This document shows positions 1-9,790 of a stretch of DNA of 64,000 nucleotides, one piece after another. Numbering within the stretch: the stretch's first letter is position 1; every line of letters begins with the position of its first letter. The notes under the pieces are model-generated. The model made no database searches. It was not told where the DNA came from and worked only from the letters and a program-made list of their open reading frames with translations. The stretch spans positions 144,498 to 208,497 of the forward strand of contig CAKZRU010000060.1 of the NCBI GenBank assembly GCA_937146725.1, written 5' to 3'. Both the position numbers and the translations under genes were made by a program. This DNA comes from an uncultured Myxococcales bacterium. GTDB taxonomy: Bacteria; Myxococcota_A; Bradymonadia; UBA7976; VGTA01.

Positions 1-1629
1 TGGAGCACTTGGAGCCAATACAGACAAGTGATCATCTCGTCCCGCACCAAAAACATCTTTATGCTGTCCTTGCTGATGCTGAGCTTGTGGCGACTGGTGA
101 GTTCGAGAGGTACTTTGTGGTTTGGCGCTCTGGTTCATCTGTACGCTAGCCGACGAACTCATTGCGGTGGTTTTTAACTCAAAATTGTCTGCTTTAGCTG
201 GTTCTTCAGTCATGGTGACCTTGTGACTCGCTTGTGTAGGCACCTTAAGTTTAATTGACGAAGAAGCACTGCTAATGACCAGATCATTTGACGAGTTTGA
301 TTGTGAGTCAGCGACTTTGATCGCAAAGGGGTCAAGTGGTGGAGGAAGATCAAGATTATTGGCTTCAACTTCCTTAAGGAACTCGAGAGGATTTTCAGAA
401 ATAGAATTTTCTTTTAAGCTTTCACGCCATCCATAACTAGGCGTTAAGTTATCTTCAGATTTTTCAAAGTTAAAAGAGTCAAGACTTGATGAGCTAGAGC
501 TCGCTTGAACCTCAGTACTGCTGGGTACAGAATGAGCACTATTCGCTCCAAGTACTGCAGTTTTGATAATAGGCTCATTTTGTTCAGCTGAACTTGTTAT
601 TGGCTTTGCTGTGGGTTGTGGCTTCGAGGAACTTATCTCTTTGGAAGACGACTGGGGCACACTAAGGTCATTAGGTATCGACTGTCTTGACACCGGTGAG
701 TTTTCGGTTTGACTAGATGAGCTTTGAGCGGTTGTAGGAACTGATTTTTGAGCCGCAGAACGAGTTGTAATGCGCAGAACTAAAGTTTGGATCTTGTTGA
801 TATCATCAATGAGCTCATGCGCATGTTCATGCCGACTTTGCTTATCTTTTGCCGTCATTTTAACTAATAAGTCAGTGAGAGCTTGATAAACATTTTGATG
901 TCGTGTTTTAAGATTTAGTGGTGGTAAAGGCGCTTGCATATGCATGCGCATGGTATCAAAATAACTATCTCCTTTAAAAGGGGGACTGCCACAAATCATA
1001 TGGTAAAAAACAATGCCTAAGCTATATATATCAGTGCGTTGGTCAACTTCCTTAATGTTCACGATCTGTTCTGGAGACATATAAGTGGGTGTACCCATCA
1101 TCTGTCCGGTAACGGTTTGCCCGTCAAAGCCAACACTTTTGGCAATGCCAAAGTCTAGAAGCTTAGCAATGATCTCTTTTTGTGGACTTGGAGTACTTGA
1201 TTTACATAAAAATATATTACCCGGTTTAATATCCCGATGGACAATATCTTTGCTGTGCGCCTCGCCCAGGGCTGAAGCGATTTGCTTGATAATTGACAAA
1301 GAGTCAAATAAAGTCAAGGTTTTAGTGTAGAGACGGTCATGCAGAGATTGGCCCATCAAGAGCTCGGTAACAAAGAAACAATGCCCTTGCTCATCTCTAC
1401 CAAAGTCATGCACAGTAAGGGCATTAGGGTGGGTTAACTTTGAGGTTAGCTTGGCCTCAAGTAAAAAACGAGTAACTAACTCTTCATCCTCATGCAATGA
1501 AGCCTTAAGGATTTTGATGGCTACCTCGCGGTCTAATAAGGTATCCATAGCGGCGAACACCGTACTAAAACCACCGCTTCCTAGCTTACGAAGCAGTTCA
1601 TAACGATCTTTCAGTAAAGCGGTGGTCAT
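1..1629 (-). CDS. Hanks-type Ser/Thr protein kinase, partial (C-terminus runs off the window). N-terminal kinase domain plus long Ser/Gln/Pro-rich low-complexity tail
   Basis: Minus-strand translation from the ATG at ~1627-1629 reads MTTALLKDRYELLRKLGSGGFSTVFAAMD...VAIKIL...IVHRDIKPGNIFL...LLDFGIAK...GTPTYMSPEQ. The Gly-loop, VAIK, HRD and DFG motifs are present (the HRD stretch was checked directly by reverse-complementing 1201-1260). It is absent from the ORF track only because it runs off the window edge. Confidence 0.85.
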   Translation of the reverse strand, partial: MTTALLKDRYELLRKLGSGGFSTVFAAMDTLLDREVAIKILKASLHEDEELVTRFLLEAKLTSKLTHPNALTVHDFGRDEQGHCFFVTELLMGQSLHDRLYTKTLTLFDSLSIIKQIASALGEAHSKDIVHRDIKPGNIFLCKSSTPSPQKEIIAKLLDFGIAKSVGFDGQTVTGQMMGTPTYMSPEQIVNIKEVDQRTDIYSLGIVFYHMICGSPPFKGDSYFDTMRMHMQAPLPPLNLKTRHQNVYQALTDLLVKMTAKDKQSRHEHAHELIDDINKIQTLVLRITTRSAAQKSVPTTAQSSSSQTENSPVSRQSIPNDLSVPQSSSKEISSSKPQPTAKPITSSAEQNEPIIKTAVLGANSAHSVPSSTEVQASSSSSSLDSFNFEKSEDNLTPSYGWRESLKENSISENPLEFLKEVEANNLDLPPPLDPFAIKVADSQSNSSNDLVISSASSSIKLKVPTQASHKVTMTEEPAKADNFELKTTAMSSSASVQMNQSAKPQSTSRTHQSPQAQHQQGQHKDVFGAGRDDHLSVLAPSAP

Positions 1630-1659
1630 CGATGATTACTCGTTTGTTATAGACTTGTA

Positions 1660-2826
1660 TTATTTATATTCAGCGCGCAAGATTTTGGCGATGGTATCAA
1701 GTTGCAAATTAGATGTTCCTTCGTAGATCTTTCCAATCTTAGCATCTCGATAGAGCTTTTCTAATGGATATTCTTTAGTAAAGCCTACTCCTCCAATGAA
1801 CTCAATACACATTGAAGCAGTTTTTTCGGCCACATTAGAAGCAAAGAGTTTGGCCATAGCCGCTTCCTTTAAGAAAGGTTTACCGGCATCCTTTAGACGT
1901 GCTGCATTATATACCATTAAACGGGCCGCTTCGATTTCGGTCGCTACCTCTGCATATTGAAAGGCTAGACCTTGAAACTCAGCAATCGGCTTATTGAATT
2001 GCTTACGTTCAAGCATATATTTCATGGCATAGTCAAAGGCGCCCTGTGCAAGGCCTACCATTTGAGCACCAATACCAATACGACCCTCATTTAGAGTTTC
2101 AATGGCAATTTTATATCCCTTACCGACTTCACCAAGTACATCAGCGTCGGGAATAAAACAGTCTTCAAAAATGAGTTCGGTGGTACTTGAGGCACGAATT
2201 CCTAACTTATCTTCTTTTTTACCGACAGTGAACCCTTCTGTGCCTCGTTGTACAAGAAAAGAGGTAATGCCACGATAGCCTTTTTCAAAGTCGGTATTAG
2301 CCATCACAATAAACATGGTACTTTCACCGCCATTGGTGATCCAAAGCTTTGTACCATTTAAACGCCAGCCGCCTTCTACACGATCAGCACGACACTTTAG
2401 AGCAAAGGCATCTGACCCAGAACTCGGCTCGCTAAGCGCATATGAGCCCACCCATTCAGTAGCCATTTTAGGCAGGATTCTAGCTTTTTGCTCATCATTA
2501 CACCAACGCACCAAGGCATTATTCACTAGAGTGTTTTGTACATCCACAACAACAGCCACGCTAGGATCAACACGCGCTAAAGATTCAACAGCGAGGGTTG
2601 CAAGCATAAAGCTTCCATCTACCCCATCAAACTTTTCGGGAATCTCTACACCCATTAAGCCCATTTCAAAGAGTTTAGGAATAATATTTGGATGTAGCTT
2701 ACTCTCCTCGTCCATTTGAGCGACATGAGGAGCAACTTCTTTTTGAGCAAACTTATAAACCTCGTCCGCAAAAGCTTTTTCTTCATCGCTGAGCACAGTT
2801 AGAGGGGCATGATTAAAATTAGACAT
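1660..2826 (-). CDS. acyl-CoA dehydrogenase (short/branched-chain type, 388 aa)
   Basis: Full-length ACAD fold. Typical length and conserved blocks (GGxG...YxxxR..E C-terminal motif YEGTSNLQLDTIAK). The 30-bp gap to the downstream kinase gene suggests co-transcription. Confidence 0.9.
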   Translation of the reverse strand: MSNFNHAPLTVLSDEEKAFADEVYKFAQKEVAPHVAQMDEESKLHPNIIPKLFEMGLMGVEIPEKFDGVDGSFMLATLAVESLARVDPSVAVVVDVQNTLVNNALVRWCNDEQKARILPKMATEWVGSYALSEPSSGSDAFALKCRADRVEGGWRLNGTKLWITNGGESTMFIVMANTDFEKGYRGITSFLVQRGTEGFTVGKKEDKLGIRASSTTELIFEDCFIPDADVLGEVGKGYKIAIETLNEGRIGIGAQMVGLAQGAFDYAMKYMLERKQFNKPIAEFQGLAFQYAEVATEIEAARLMVYNAARLKDAGKPFLKEAAMAKLFASNVAEKTASMCIEFIGGVGFTKEYPLEKLYRDAKIGKIYEGTSNLQLDTIAKILRAEYK

Positions 2827-3121
2827 GGAAGCTCCTGTTAAGAAAACGAAACCTAGGTATTCTTAATGATGTAATAAATTGAGGATAAACAAAGTAAATG
2901 TAAATTATAGACCTCGATCGAGTCATTGGACCCAATTGCTTGAATAAGCTCTATAGATTTGCCATAGCTACACTCTGACTACAAGTCTCAAAGCAGATAA
3001 TAGAAATGATCGGCATATATTTATGATCGAGATAGAATATAGATCATCCCTGACAAAAAGACGTTGCTAAGTTTAGTAAAAAGCTTATCAACCCACCTAA
3101 GTATCTAAAAGGAGTTTAGTT

Positions 3122-3670
3122 TTGAGTTCTTTTACATTTCGGAATCGTACGATTGGTCGCTTACACTTAATGATCCTACTGTTAGGCTTTATGAGTTGCA
3201 GTGGTTGTGGGGCTTCAAACCCAAGTCATCCGCTACCAAACTGGGTGATGAACACTCCTTTGGGTTGTGGTTTAGGCAGTTTACAGATGAATGGTAGCTT
3301 ATCTCTTGCCAAATCGGGGGCTATCGCTAAAGGACGAGCGGACTTAGCAAGACAGATTCAAACAAGAATTGAAAATGTCATTAAGACTTATCGAAGCGAG
3401 GGAGGAGGTGCTCAAGACTTTAGTGAAGAATTGATGACCGAGGCCAGTCGACAATCGAGTCGGGCAGTTTTGCAAGGGACTAAGGCCAAGAAAAGTCATA
3501 TCGAGTATGGTGAGATCAATACTTACTATGTTCTTGTATGCTATGAGGCACAGCAAAAAAGTCGACTCATCCAAAGTCTATCCATGATTCCTAAAAAACA
3601 TAGGCAAACGATTCAAGACAGAGCTGAGGCATCCTTTGCTGAACTTGAAAAACTTATGGAAGACTACTAG
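3122..3670 (+). CDS. LPP20-like lipoprotein. Probable true start is the ATG at 3180 (MILLLGFMSCSGC...)
   Basis: Signal peptide with lipobox (LLGFMSC). The body resembles Helicobacter LPP20 family (AIAKGRADLARQIQTRIENV ... NTYYVLVCYE). SD-like aaaggag lies upstream. The stop overlaps the convergent gene by 4 bp. Confidence 0.55.
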   Translation: MSSFTFRNRTIGRLHLMILLLGFMSCSGCGASNPSHPLPNWVMNTPLGCGLGSLQMNGSLSLAKSGAIAKGRADLARQIQTRIENVIKTYRSEGGGAQDFSEELMTEASRQSSRAVLQGTKAKKSHIEYGEINTYYVLVCYEAQQKSRLIQSLSMIPKKHRQTIQDRAEASFAELEKLMEDY

Positions 3671-5166
3671 GTTTCGGCTTTAATTTGATCGATTTGCAGT
3701 GGACGAAGATCTAAAAATCGTAAAGTGAGTCTTTTTTGCATACTCTTGGTGTTTTCGGCTAAGCGTACCAACGCTTTACATTCAATCATTTCTTGGCTTT
3801 GCGGAAGTTTAAACCTAAGCTTGACCTCTTCGCCTTTGAGAAGGCCTTGTTGGCAGATAAGCACAAGTTCTTTGTGATCAAATTGATCGGCATGTCCAAC
3901 AAAGATTTGCTGGGGTGTACTTACATGCACTGAAAATGTTGCGGTTTTTTGAGTGGTTGAATGAAGAATTGAGGCTTCGCTTTGCGCTCTGAGCTTGGCA
4001 TCTTGCTCTTTAAACTTTTTAATGGCTTCTTCATCAAAAACAGCAGTACCTGCTTCGCCGGCGCTCATTGGAAAATCAAAGGGCTCTGAAGCAGAGCCTG
4101 ATATCGCTTCCTCATTGACTGCAGTCGCCTTAGGTTGAGCGTTAAAGTGATCTTCTGCAGATTCATGAGTGATGACAACGTCTACTGAAGCTGAACTATC
4201 TTGAAAGAAACTAGGCTCAAGAGTTGGCAAAGGAGGCAGATCAAAAGGAAGCTCTGCCGAGGATTGTAAGGTTGGAATCAGGTCATCTGGCAGTACTGCA
4301 TCTTCAGCAAAGTTAGGTGTGGTCAAAAACTCGACCTCTCTTTTCAATGCTTCAAGTTCGTCTAGCTCATCTAACTCATTTCGTTTCCCTTTGGGGTTTA
4401 CATCTTCAAAAGGAGAATCGATTTCTAAGGGATCTTGAGTCGCTTCTCTTTTAAACTCTGCAATATCAGGCGTTTGATCGAATTCAAATATCTGGTTGCT
4501 AGAATGATCTTGAGGTGGGGCACTTGGGGGCTCAGGATTGGCAGCTATGGGGGCTTCAGTAATCTTTAAAGGCTGTGGTGTTTGCGGGTTTTGCTCAAGT
4601 CTTGGTCTAGCTTTTTTATTAGAATTTAAGTCCGAAGAGGACTCCTGACTTACAGGACTGGGGGACTTTACAGAAGACTCTAATTCAGATGCATTTGAGT
4701 GCTTTACCGGAAGTGGTTCAGCAGCTTGAGAGCTTGGCTTAGACTGGGGGCTTGTTTCTATTTTTGACTCTTTTACCTCTGATTCGGTAAGTTTCTGATC
4801 TTCAAGAGAAGCTTCTTGGAAGCTGAGTGCTTCGGAATTTGGCGAGGACAGCTCACCGCTTGAGCTCTTGCTTGTCAAACTCGAATCATTTGACATTTCC
4901 GTCTTCTTCTCACGTGCCGAACTCGTTTTTTTACCGCTCTTCATTTGCATTTGTAAGTCGAGAAGTAGCTCTGTAATCTGTCTATGCAAAAGCTTTCTCA
5001 AGGGCTTAATACTATCTATTAAAAGCGTTAAGTCTTCGACTTTTTGTTCATTTGATGAATGTTTACTCTGGGATAAAACTTTGAGCGCATTTGCTTCAAA
5101 GCTTCCTTTTTCGGACTCATATTCGTGTAATGCTTTAATTTTTTTGGTGAGTCTGGTTAAAGACAT
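3667..5166 (-). CDS. hypothetical acidic Ser/Pro/Glu-rich protein with N-terminal coiled-coil and a possible PilZ-like C-terminal domain
   Basis: 499-aa ORF. Long low-complexity middle. The C-terminal ~110 aa (VKLRFKLP...IECKALVRLAE...LTLRFLDLRP) resemble the second half of PilZ c-di-GMP-binding domains. The RxxxR/DxSxxG motifs are not clearly present. Confidence 0.45.
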   Translation of the reverse strand: MSLTRLTKKIKALHEYESEKGSFEANALKVLSQSKHSSNEQKVEDLTLLIDSIKPLRKLLHRQITELLLDLQMQMKSGKKTSSAREKKTEMSNDSSLTSKSSSGELSSPNSEALSFQEASLEDQKLTESEVKESKIETSPQSKPSSQAAEPLPVKHSNASELESSVKSPSPVSQESSSDLNSNKKARPRLEQNPQTPQPLKITEAPIAANPEPPSAPPQDHSSNQIFEFDQTPDIAEFKREATQDPLEIDSPFEDVNPKGKRNELDELDELEALKREVEFLTTPNFAEDAVLPDDLIPTLQSSAELPFDLPPLPTLEPSFFQDSSASVDVVITHESAEDHFNAQPKATAVNEEAISGSASEPFDFPMSAGEAGTAVFDEEAIKKFKEQDAKLRAQSEASILHSTTQKTATFSVHVSTPQQIFVGHADQFDHKELVLICQQGLLKGEEVKLRFKLPQSQEMIECKALVRLAENTKSMQKRLTLRFLDLRPLQIDQIKAET

Positions 5167-5287
5167 GAAGAAATCCTACGATATATATGTGTTTTTTTGT
5201 GGATGCAGATATTCGCAAAAGCGTTACCCAAGTTTTGATGGATAGCCTATTCAATCTCACAAAGTTGTTATTCGTACTGTGCTCACA

Positions 5288-5317
5288 ATACTTGAGAGAA
5301 AAATACTTGAGAGAAAA
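5288..5317. repeat. perfect tandem 15-bp direct repeat (atacttgagagaaaa x2) in the promoter region of the 3667..5166 gene
   Basis: Read directly: atacttgagagaaaa at 5288-5302 and again at 5303-5317, about 120 bp upstream of the minus-strand start at 5166. Confidence 0.6.
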
Positions 5318-5368
5318 AAATCGTGGTTTTATTACGAGGCTCGCCCAGTGTTATCAAATGAGCAATGT

Positions 5369-8300
5369 TTATGGCGTGGGAACTTGTAAAACTTCTAAGA
5401 ATTGTCGTGGCGGCTCAACTTGGTGATCGTATTGATAGTGAGAGAGAATCACTGTTTCCCCAAGACTAAAAGATCGAGCATAAAAACCACTAGCTGCTTG
5501 GTTTTCCCCTAAGCTAGGTCCACGAACCGTGATTCTGAGCCAGCTTCCGGAATCATCTCGTCGGGCGATCAATAATTCATGACCCGTTGCATCTTGATAG
5601 ACAATAAATATCCGACCTCTTTCATCAAAAGCTAAACTACAGTCTTCGCCTACAACATGTAAGGCATGCTCTCGCCCACCAACACCAAGCCTAATTCCAT
5701 CATCTACCCATTCATCTCGTTCAAGTTCCGGAGATAAGTAGCGCAAGGAATCAGTTGCACCATCTTGGTAGCAGTAATGCAGTGCTCCATTTTCATCAAC
5801 CGCCACATTTGCATTGGCCCCAAAGTCGCCACGGCGACTTTCATGACTCCAACCGGCAACTACTTGAGCTGGCGCAAAAACGCTTTCTGTTTTTTGAGCC
5901 ATCATCAAGTTTCCTCCACTACGGTCATACCATACAGCAACAAGTCCACTAGGGCTTTGAACAAGGTGGTTAAAGAGAGCCGTACCCTCTGGATAGCCTA
6001 AGCTCATTAAGTTTTCAGGTGCGGTTACAGTGTGTAATTCTTGAGGTGTGCCCCATGCCATGTTTGTGCTTGGTTGAGCCTCTAAAGCAGTGATAAAGCG
6101 TACCGAGCTAGTAAGCGTAGACTCAGCTTCTTGTTGCTGTAAAGCTCTGTAAACAATACAAGGCCGTCCGAGTTGATCAAGGGTGATATCGGTCCACCAA
6201 CCCGCCCCTTCATCAGTGTTACGATCATCTAGACTTGTGCCAATCGCACCACCACCATCTAGAGTCATAATACTCCATGAATAAACGCCGTCTGCATTTC
6301 TAGTCCCAAGAGCATATTTAAGGCTATTTTGATCAAGATCCATGTAAGCAATATGTAAACTTGCATCTGGGGCAATAGCAATGGAGCTATACTGACCAAC
6401 ATTAGCACCGGCCATACTCACACCACCCCGAGGTCCACTTGGAGCAGCTGTGACGGGTGCATCGCTTGGTACACCATCCACCCATTGCCAAGATATATTA
6501 TTTTCGGCCCCAACCTGCCCTACGACCAGATCACCAAAGTCCTCAACATAAGCACTAAGCCAAATTGTGCCTCGATTGCTGTCATAGGTGAGATCACTAT
6601 GTCGACCAATGGATTTAATCTCCAAAGGATTGGATTCGACACATTCACAAATCTCATTTTCTAACATACAGCTTTGAGGATTAACTTGCCCTCTGGTCGT
6701 TGCACCAAGCTCAAAACCGGCTGGACAGCTCATGGCCTCTGTCAAATCAGCACAGGGAGAGGGAGTTCTTTCACAACTATTTGATTGGTAGCAGCAGTAT
6801 TCGTTTTCGGCACAGCCTTCTGGGCATAAAGGAGCCGAAGGGCATTCGCATTGTGCTGATTCACCACAAATCGCAAACTCATCACCTTCACAGTTCAAGT
6901 CAGAGCACTCGCTGTCTTCAATGCAAGTTACTGTGCTACACGTCCCTTCAAAGCAGATTTGATTTTCGCCACAATTTGCTTGATTACATTCATCAGCATC
7001 ACGCCGAGGCTTAGTTTCATCATCACAAGCGATTAAACTGAGTGTGAATAGGCATAAGAATAAGATGCTAAAAACCCTTCCTAGATGTTTTAAGCGACTT
7101 AATCGCTTAGATATATTTTGTGGCCGTAGGCCTAAGAAAAGTAAAAGTAAACATGCTGAAATAACTAAGGAACTCATCTGCTGAGTACGATCTTGCTTAT
7201 GACTATCACAAGCACAACCGGCGCTAGCATCACTTGGGTCAAGATTGGGGTCAACGCGTCCAATCAGGCCTAAAGGTTGAGTCTCCAGGACTTCTTGCTG
7301 CGGTAAATCATAAAGGGTAACACTGAGTTCAACCGGCTCCGGATCTAGACTAAACTGATCACCTTGAGCTCGAGCTCGTACTTCGATGAGATGAGAACCG
7401 GGAAGCATAAAGGCGGGATCGCGCATAATAAGCTCTTGAGCTTGAGTAAAGGGATGCCAAGCTTGGCCGTTTACACGCCAAGAGAACTCATAGTCCCTAG
7501 TTGGAGTATTTGAGCGCTCTAAAGCTGATAATTCTAGGGTTATAGAAGGATAGTTTGAGTCTTGCTTATTCTGATATCTAGGTCCTTTTTGAATCCAAGA
7601 AGAGATCGGTGGACTAAAGCTTTCTTTAAGTTTAACGAGTGTTTTGACCGGGTGGAAAACTTGCTGACGTAGTGTGCTTGAAGCCTTTAGAGACTCTTGT
7701 TTTAAACTTTGGATTTTGGTTTTAAGTTCCTCACTTAAACTAAGCTTTTGTTGTAGCGCATCACGTTTGCCCTCAGAAGATGAGCCTTCCATTTCGCCAT
7801 CCATCGCTCCATCCATACCTTCAGCCGGAATAACTTGTACAAGATTTGCAAACAGCGCAATAAAGTCTTCTTCACCCTCACTAATGCCAATTATGCTGTC
7901 ATCCTGAGGTGCAAGAGCAAAACCAAAGATCTCAGGTAAAGCAATCGGATCGCTTAAGCTAGATAGAGCCGTTCCAATTAATGGGCCAGTAAGGGTTGGT
8001 AAAAGGGTTGCAATACGACTTGTGTCATCGATAAGAATTTGGTCATTTGCAACCTCAATATCAGTGAGGGCTGCATTCAGATCGCCCAATAATGGAATCA
8101 CGCCTCCGTTAGGATCAAAGGCAACGCCTAATGGCAATACAAGCTTTACCTTTAGGCTAAAAATACGGGTCCAACGATTTTCCATAAACGCATGAAAATC
8201 GAGCCAAAGATCTGGCCAATCAATCGTTAATAAGGGATCCTCAAGCTCTCTTTCCCCATTGGCATCAGCAGGACCTAAACGGTTTTCTCCAATGATGGCT

Positions 8301-9622
8301 TGCGGTGGTCGTTGTGGGGCTAAGGTAATTGCAATGGGCGCCGGACCCCGAGTTAAAGAGGATAAGTTGGGTAAAAGAATACCCAAAGTACCACTGTTGA
8401 GCTGGGCGACCGTAGCACTACTAATACTTAAACAAGCCACACCACTAGTATATACAGCCCATAATGCTTGGTCGATCATCGTTTGGCTAATCGCTAGACC
8501 AACATCAAATTCCTGCCCATTAGGACTGAGAGTATTTTCAAGTGCACTGGCTCGAGGCGGTTCTTCGATATTGGGTGGCAAGGCAGGTGGAACACAGCGA
8601 TTAAGTTCAGCGCCGGTACCGGTGATTACACCCAAAGATAAGCCTTCATTAATCACCTCGGCATAGCTACCAGGGTTGAGAAAATAACTCATGGGGGCCT
8701 CTAAGTTGGGGGTGACCGAACTGAGTAACTCACCTAGGTCACTTTCACCCTCTACCCCAAGTGGCCTAGTCACACAGCTGAGGTCTTCACGAATACAGCT
8801 TCCCAAAAAGCAGGAGCCACCCTGTGACAAGCAAACAGGATCTTCATCTGTCTCACACTGCAAGCATATAAAGTCGTTGATAACACCCTGCAAAGCCACA
8901 ATCAGAACATTGTCTACCACATCACCAAGCAGACCTAAGACCAAGTCTCTGATAAAGGGTAGGTTGAAGCCACCATCCAGAATTTCACACAGAGGACTTA
9001 AGAAACCATCATTGCCTTCAAGTCGAATACTAATATCGGTGAGTTCATATACCGCATCGCTGACTAAAACACCCAAGTTGCGCTGTGGCTCAGGGGTAGT
9101 GAGGATAATATCAACATTTACAGGGACATCAGGGCCATCAATCGCAATGTCACAATCAACAATAGGATCGGCACCAACATCGAAGCGAAGGGCGAGTTGA
9201 TCAAGTAAAACACTCGCTCTCACCTTGTTCGGTTCCTCGGCATTTAAGGTGACTTCACCAACGCTAATGTTGATATCACAGCCGGTTTCACCATTGGTAC
9301 AGGTTTCCATATTACAATAGCGCCAATTAATAAAAGCAGCACTGCCTGAATCACCTGGTAAGCACGAGTTTAACTCGGGGGGTAGTGCCTCTTTAATAAT
9401 GGGAGTAACCGTTTGTCCGATAGTATCAAAACCACTTTCGGTGACTCTGACTTGGATCGCACTTTGAATCTTGTCTTTATTGGGAAAACTTGGGCCATTA
9501 CCGGCGCAACCACTCATGCCATCACAAGCGGTACTGAATAAGCCAAAGCTAAAAATAAGCCAAGTACTTACTTTCAGAAAGCGATTTGCTTTGGTGAAAG
9601 CATATAGATTTGTGTTTTTCAT
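5369..9622 (-). CDS. 1417-aa secreted/lipoprotein ORF. N-terminal lipoprotein domain (~790 aa), internal MYXO-CTERM-like segment plus second lipobox, then Cys-rich EGF-like region and beta-propeller-like repeats
   Basis: N-terminal signal peptide with lipobox LFSTAC. Internal GCAC-TM(LVISACLLLLFLGL)-basic stretch is followed directly by a canonical lipoprotein signal (KRLSRLKHLGRVFSILFLCLFTLSLIAC|DDE). The C-terminal half has a Cys-rich module and 6-7 repeats of the type IAxAPDxSLHIAYxDxDxxSLKY. Confidence 0.7.
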   Translation of the reverse strand: MKNTNLYAFTKANRFLKVSTWLIFSFGLFSTACDGMSGCAGNGPSFPNKDKIQSAIQVRVTESGFDTIGQTVTPIIKEALPPELNSCLPGDSGSAAFINWRYCNMETCTNGETGCDINISVGEVTLNAEEPNKVRASVLLDQLALRFDVGADPIVDCDIAIDGPDVPVNVDIILTTPEPQRNLGVLVSDAVYELTDISIRLEGNDGFLSPLCEILDGGFNLPFIRDLVLGLLGDVVDNVLIVALQGVINDFICLQCETDEDPVCLSQGGSCFLGSCIREDLSCVTRPLGVEGESDLGELLSSVTPNLEAPMSYFLNPGSYAEVINEGLSLGVITGTGAELNRCVPPALPPNIEEPPRASALENTLSPNGQEFDVGLAISQTMIDQALWAVYTSGVACLSISSATVAQLNSGTLGILLPNLSSLTRGPAPIAITLAPQRPPQAIIGENRLGPADANGERELEDPLLTIDWPDLWLDFHAFMENRWTRIFSLKVKLVLPLGVAFDPNGGVIPLLGDLNAALTDIEVANDQILIDDTSRIATLLPTLTGPLIGTALSSLSDPIALPEIFGFALAPQDDSIIGISEGEEDFIALFANLVQVIPAEGMDGAMDGEMEGSSSEGKRDALQQKLSLSEELKTKIQSLKQESLKASSTLRQQVFHPVKTLVKLKESFSPPISSWIQKGPRYQNKQDSNYPSITLELSALERSNTPTRDYEFSWRVNGQAWHPFTQAQELIMRDPAFMLPGSHLIEVRARAQGDQFSLDPEPVELSVTLYDLPQQEVLETQPLGLIGRVDPNLDPSDASAGCACDSHKQDRTQQMSSLVISACLLLLFLGLRPQNISKRLSRLKHLGRVFSILFLCLFTLSLIACDDETKPRRDADECNQANCGENQICFEGTCSTVTCIEDSECSDLNCEGDEFAICGESAQCECPSAPLCPEGCAENEYCCYQSNSCERTPSPCADLTEAMSCPAGFELGATTRGQVNPQSCMLENEICECVESNPLEIKSIGRHSDLTYDSNRGTIWLSAYVEDFGDLVVGQVGAENNISWQWVDGVPSDAPVTAAPSGPRGGVSMAGANVGQYSSIAIAPDASLHIAYMDLDQNSLKYALGTRNADGVYSWSIMTLDGGGAIGTSLDDRNTDEGAGWWTDITLDQLGRPCIVYRALQQQEAESTLTSSVRFITALEAQPSTNMAWGTPQELHTVTAPENLMSLGYPEGTALFNHLVQSPSGLVAVWYDRSGGNLMMAQKTESVFAPAQVVAGWSHESRRGDFGANANVAVDENGALHYCYQDGATDSLRYLSPELERDEWVDDGIRLGVGGREHALHVVGEDCSLAFDERGRIFIVYQDATGHELLIARRDDSGSWLRITVRGPSLGENQAASGFYARSFSLGETVILSHYQYDHQVEPPRQFLEVLQVPTP

Positions 9623-9790
9623 ATTTAACTCACAGAATGTAAACTGACTTAAGAGTAAAGAGTCTAAAGGACACTCGTCAAGCTAAGCTCTTCACATTTT
9701 AATTTTGGTGCTTAGTATAGGGTCATAAAACTTTCATAGATCTTGAAAAACAAGCTTAAATCAAAATCTGTTCAGATGGGGGAAGTGACC

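Noticed and set aside
2315-2719. 134-aa + strand ORF inside the acyl-CoA dehydrogenase gene
   Set aside because: Antisense shadow ORF of a well-supported CDS. No start context, and the composition mirrors the coding strand.
5755-9200. Several + strand ORFs (e.g. 8259..8666, 8691..9200) opposite the 1417-aa gene
   Set aside because: Antisense shadow ORFs within a long, well-defined minus-strand CDS.
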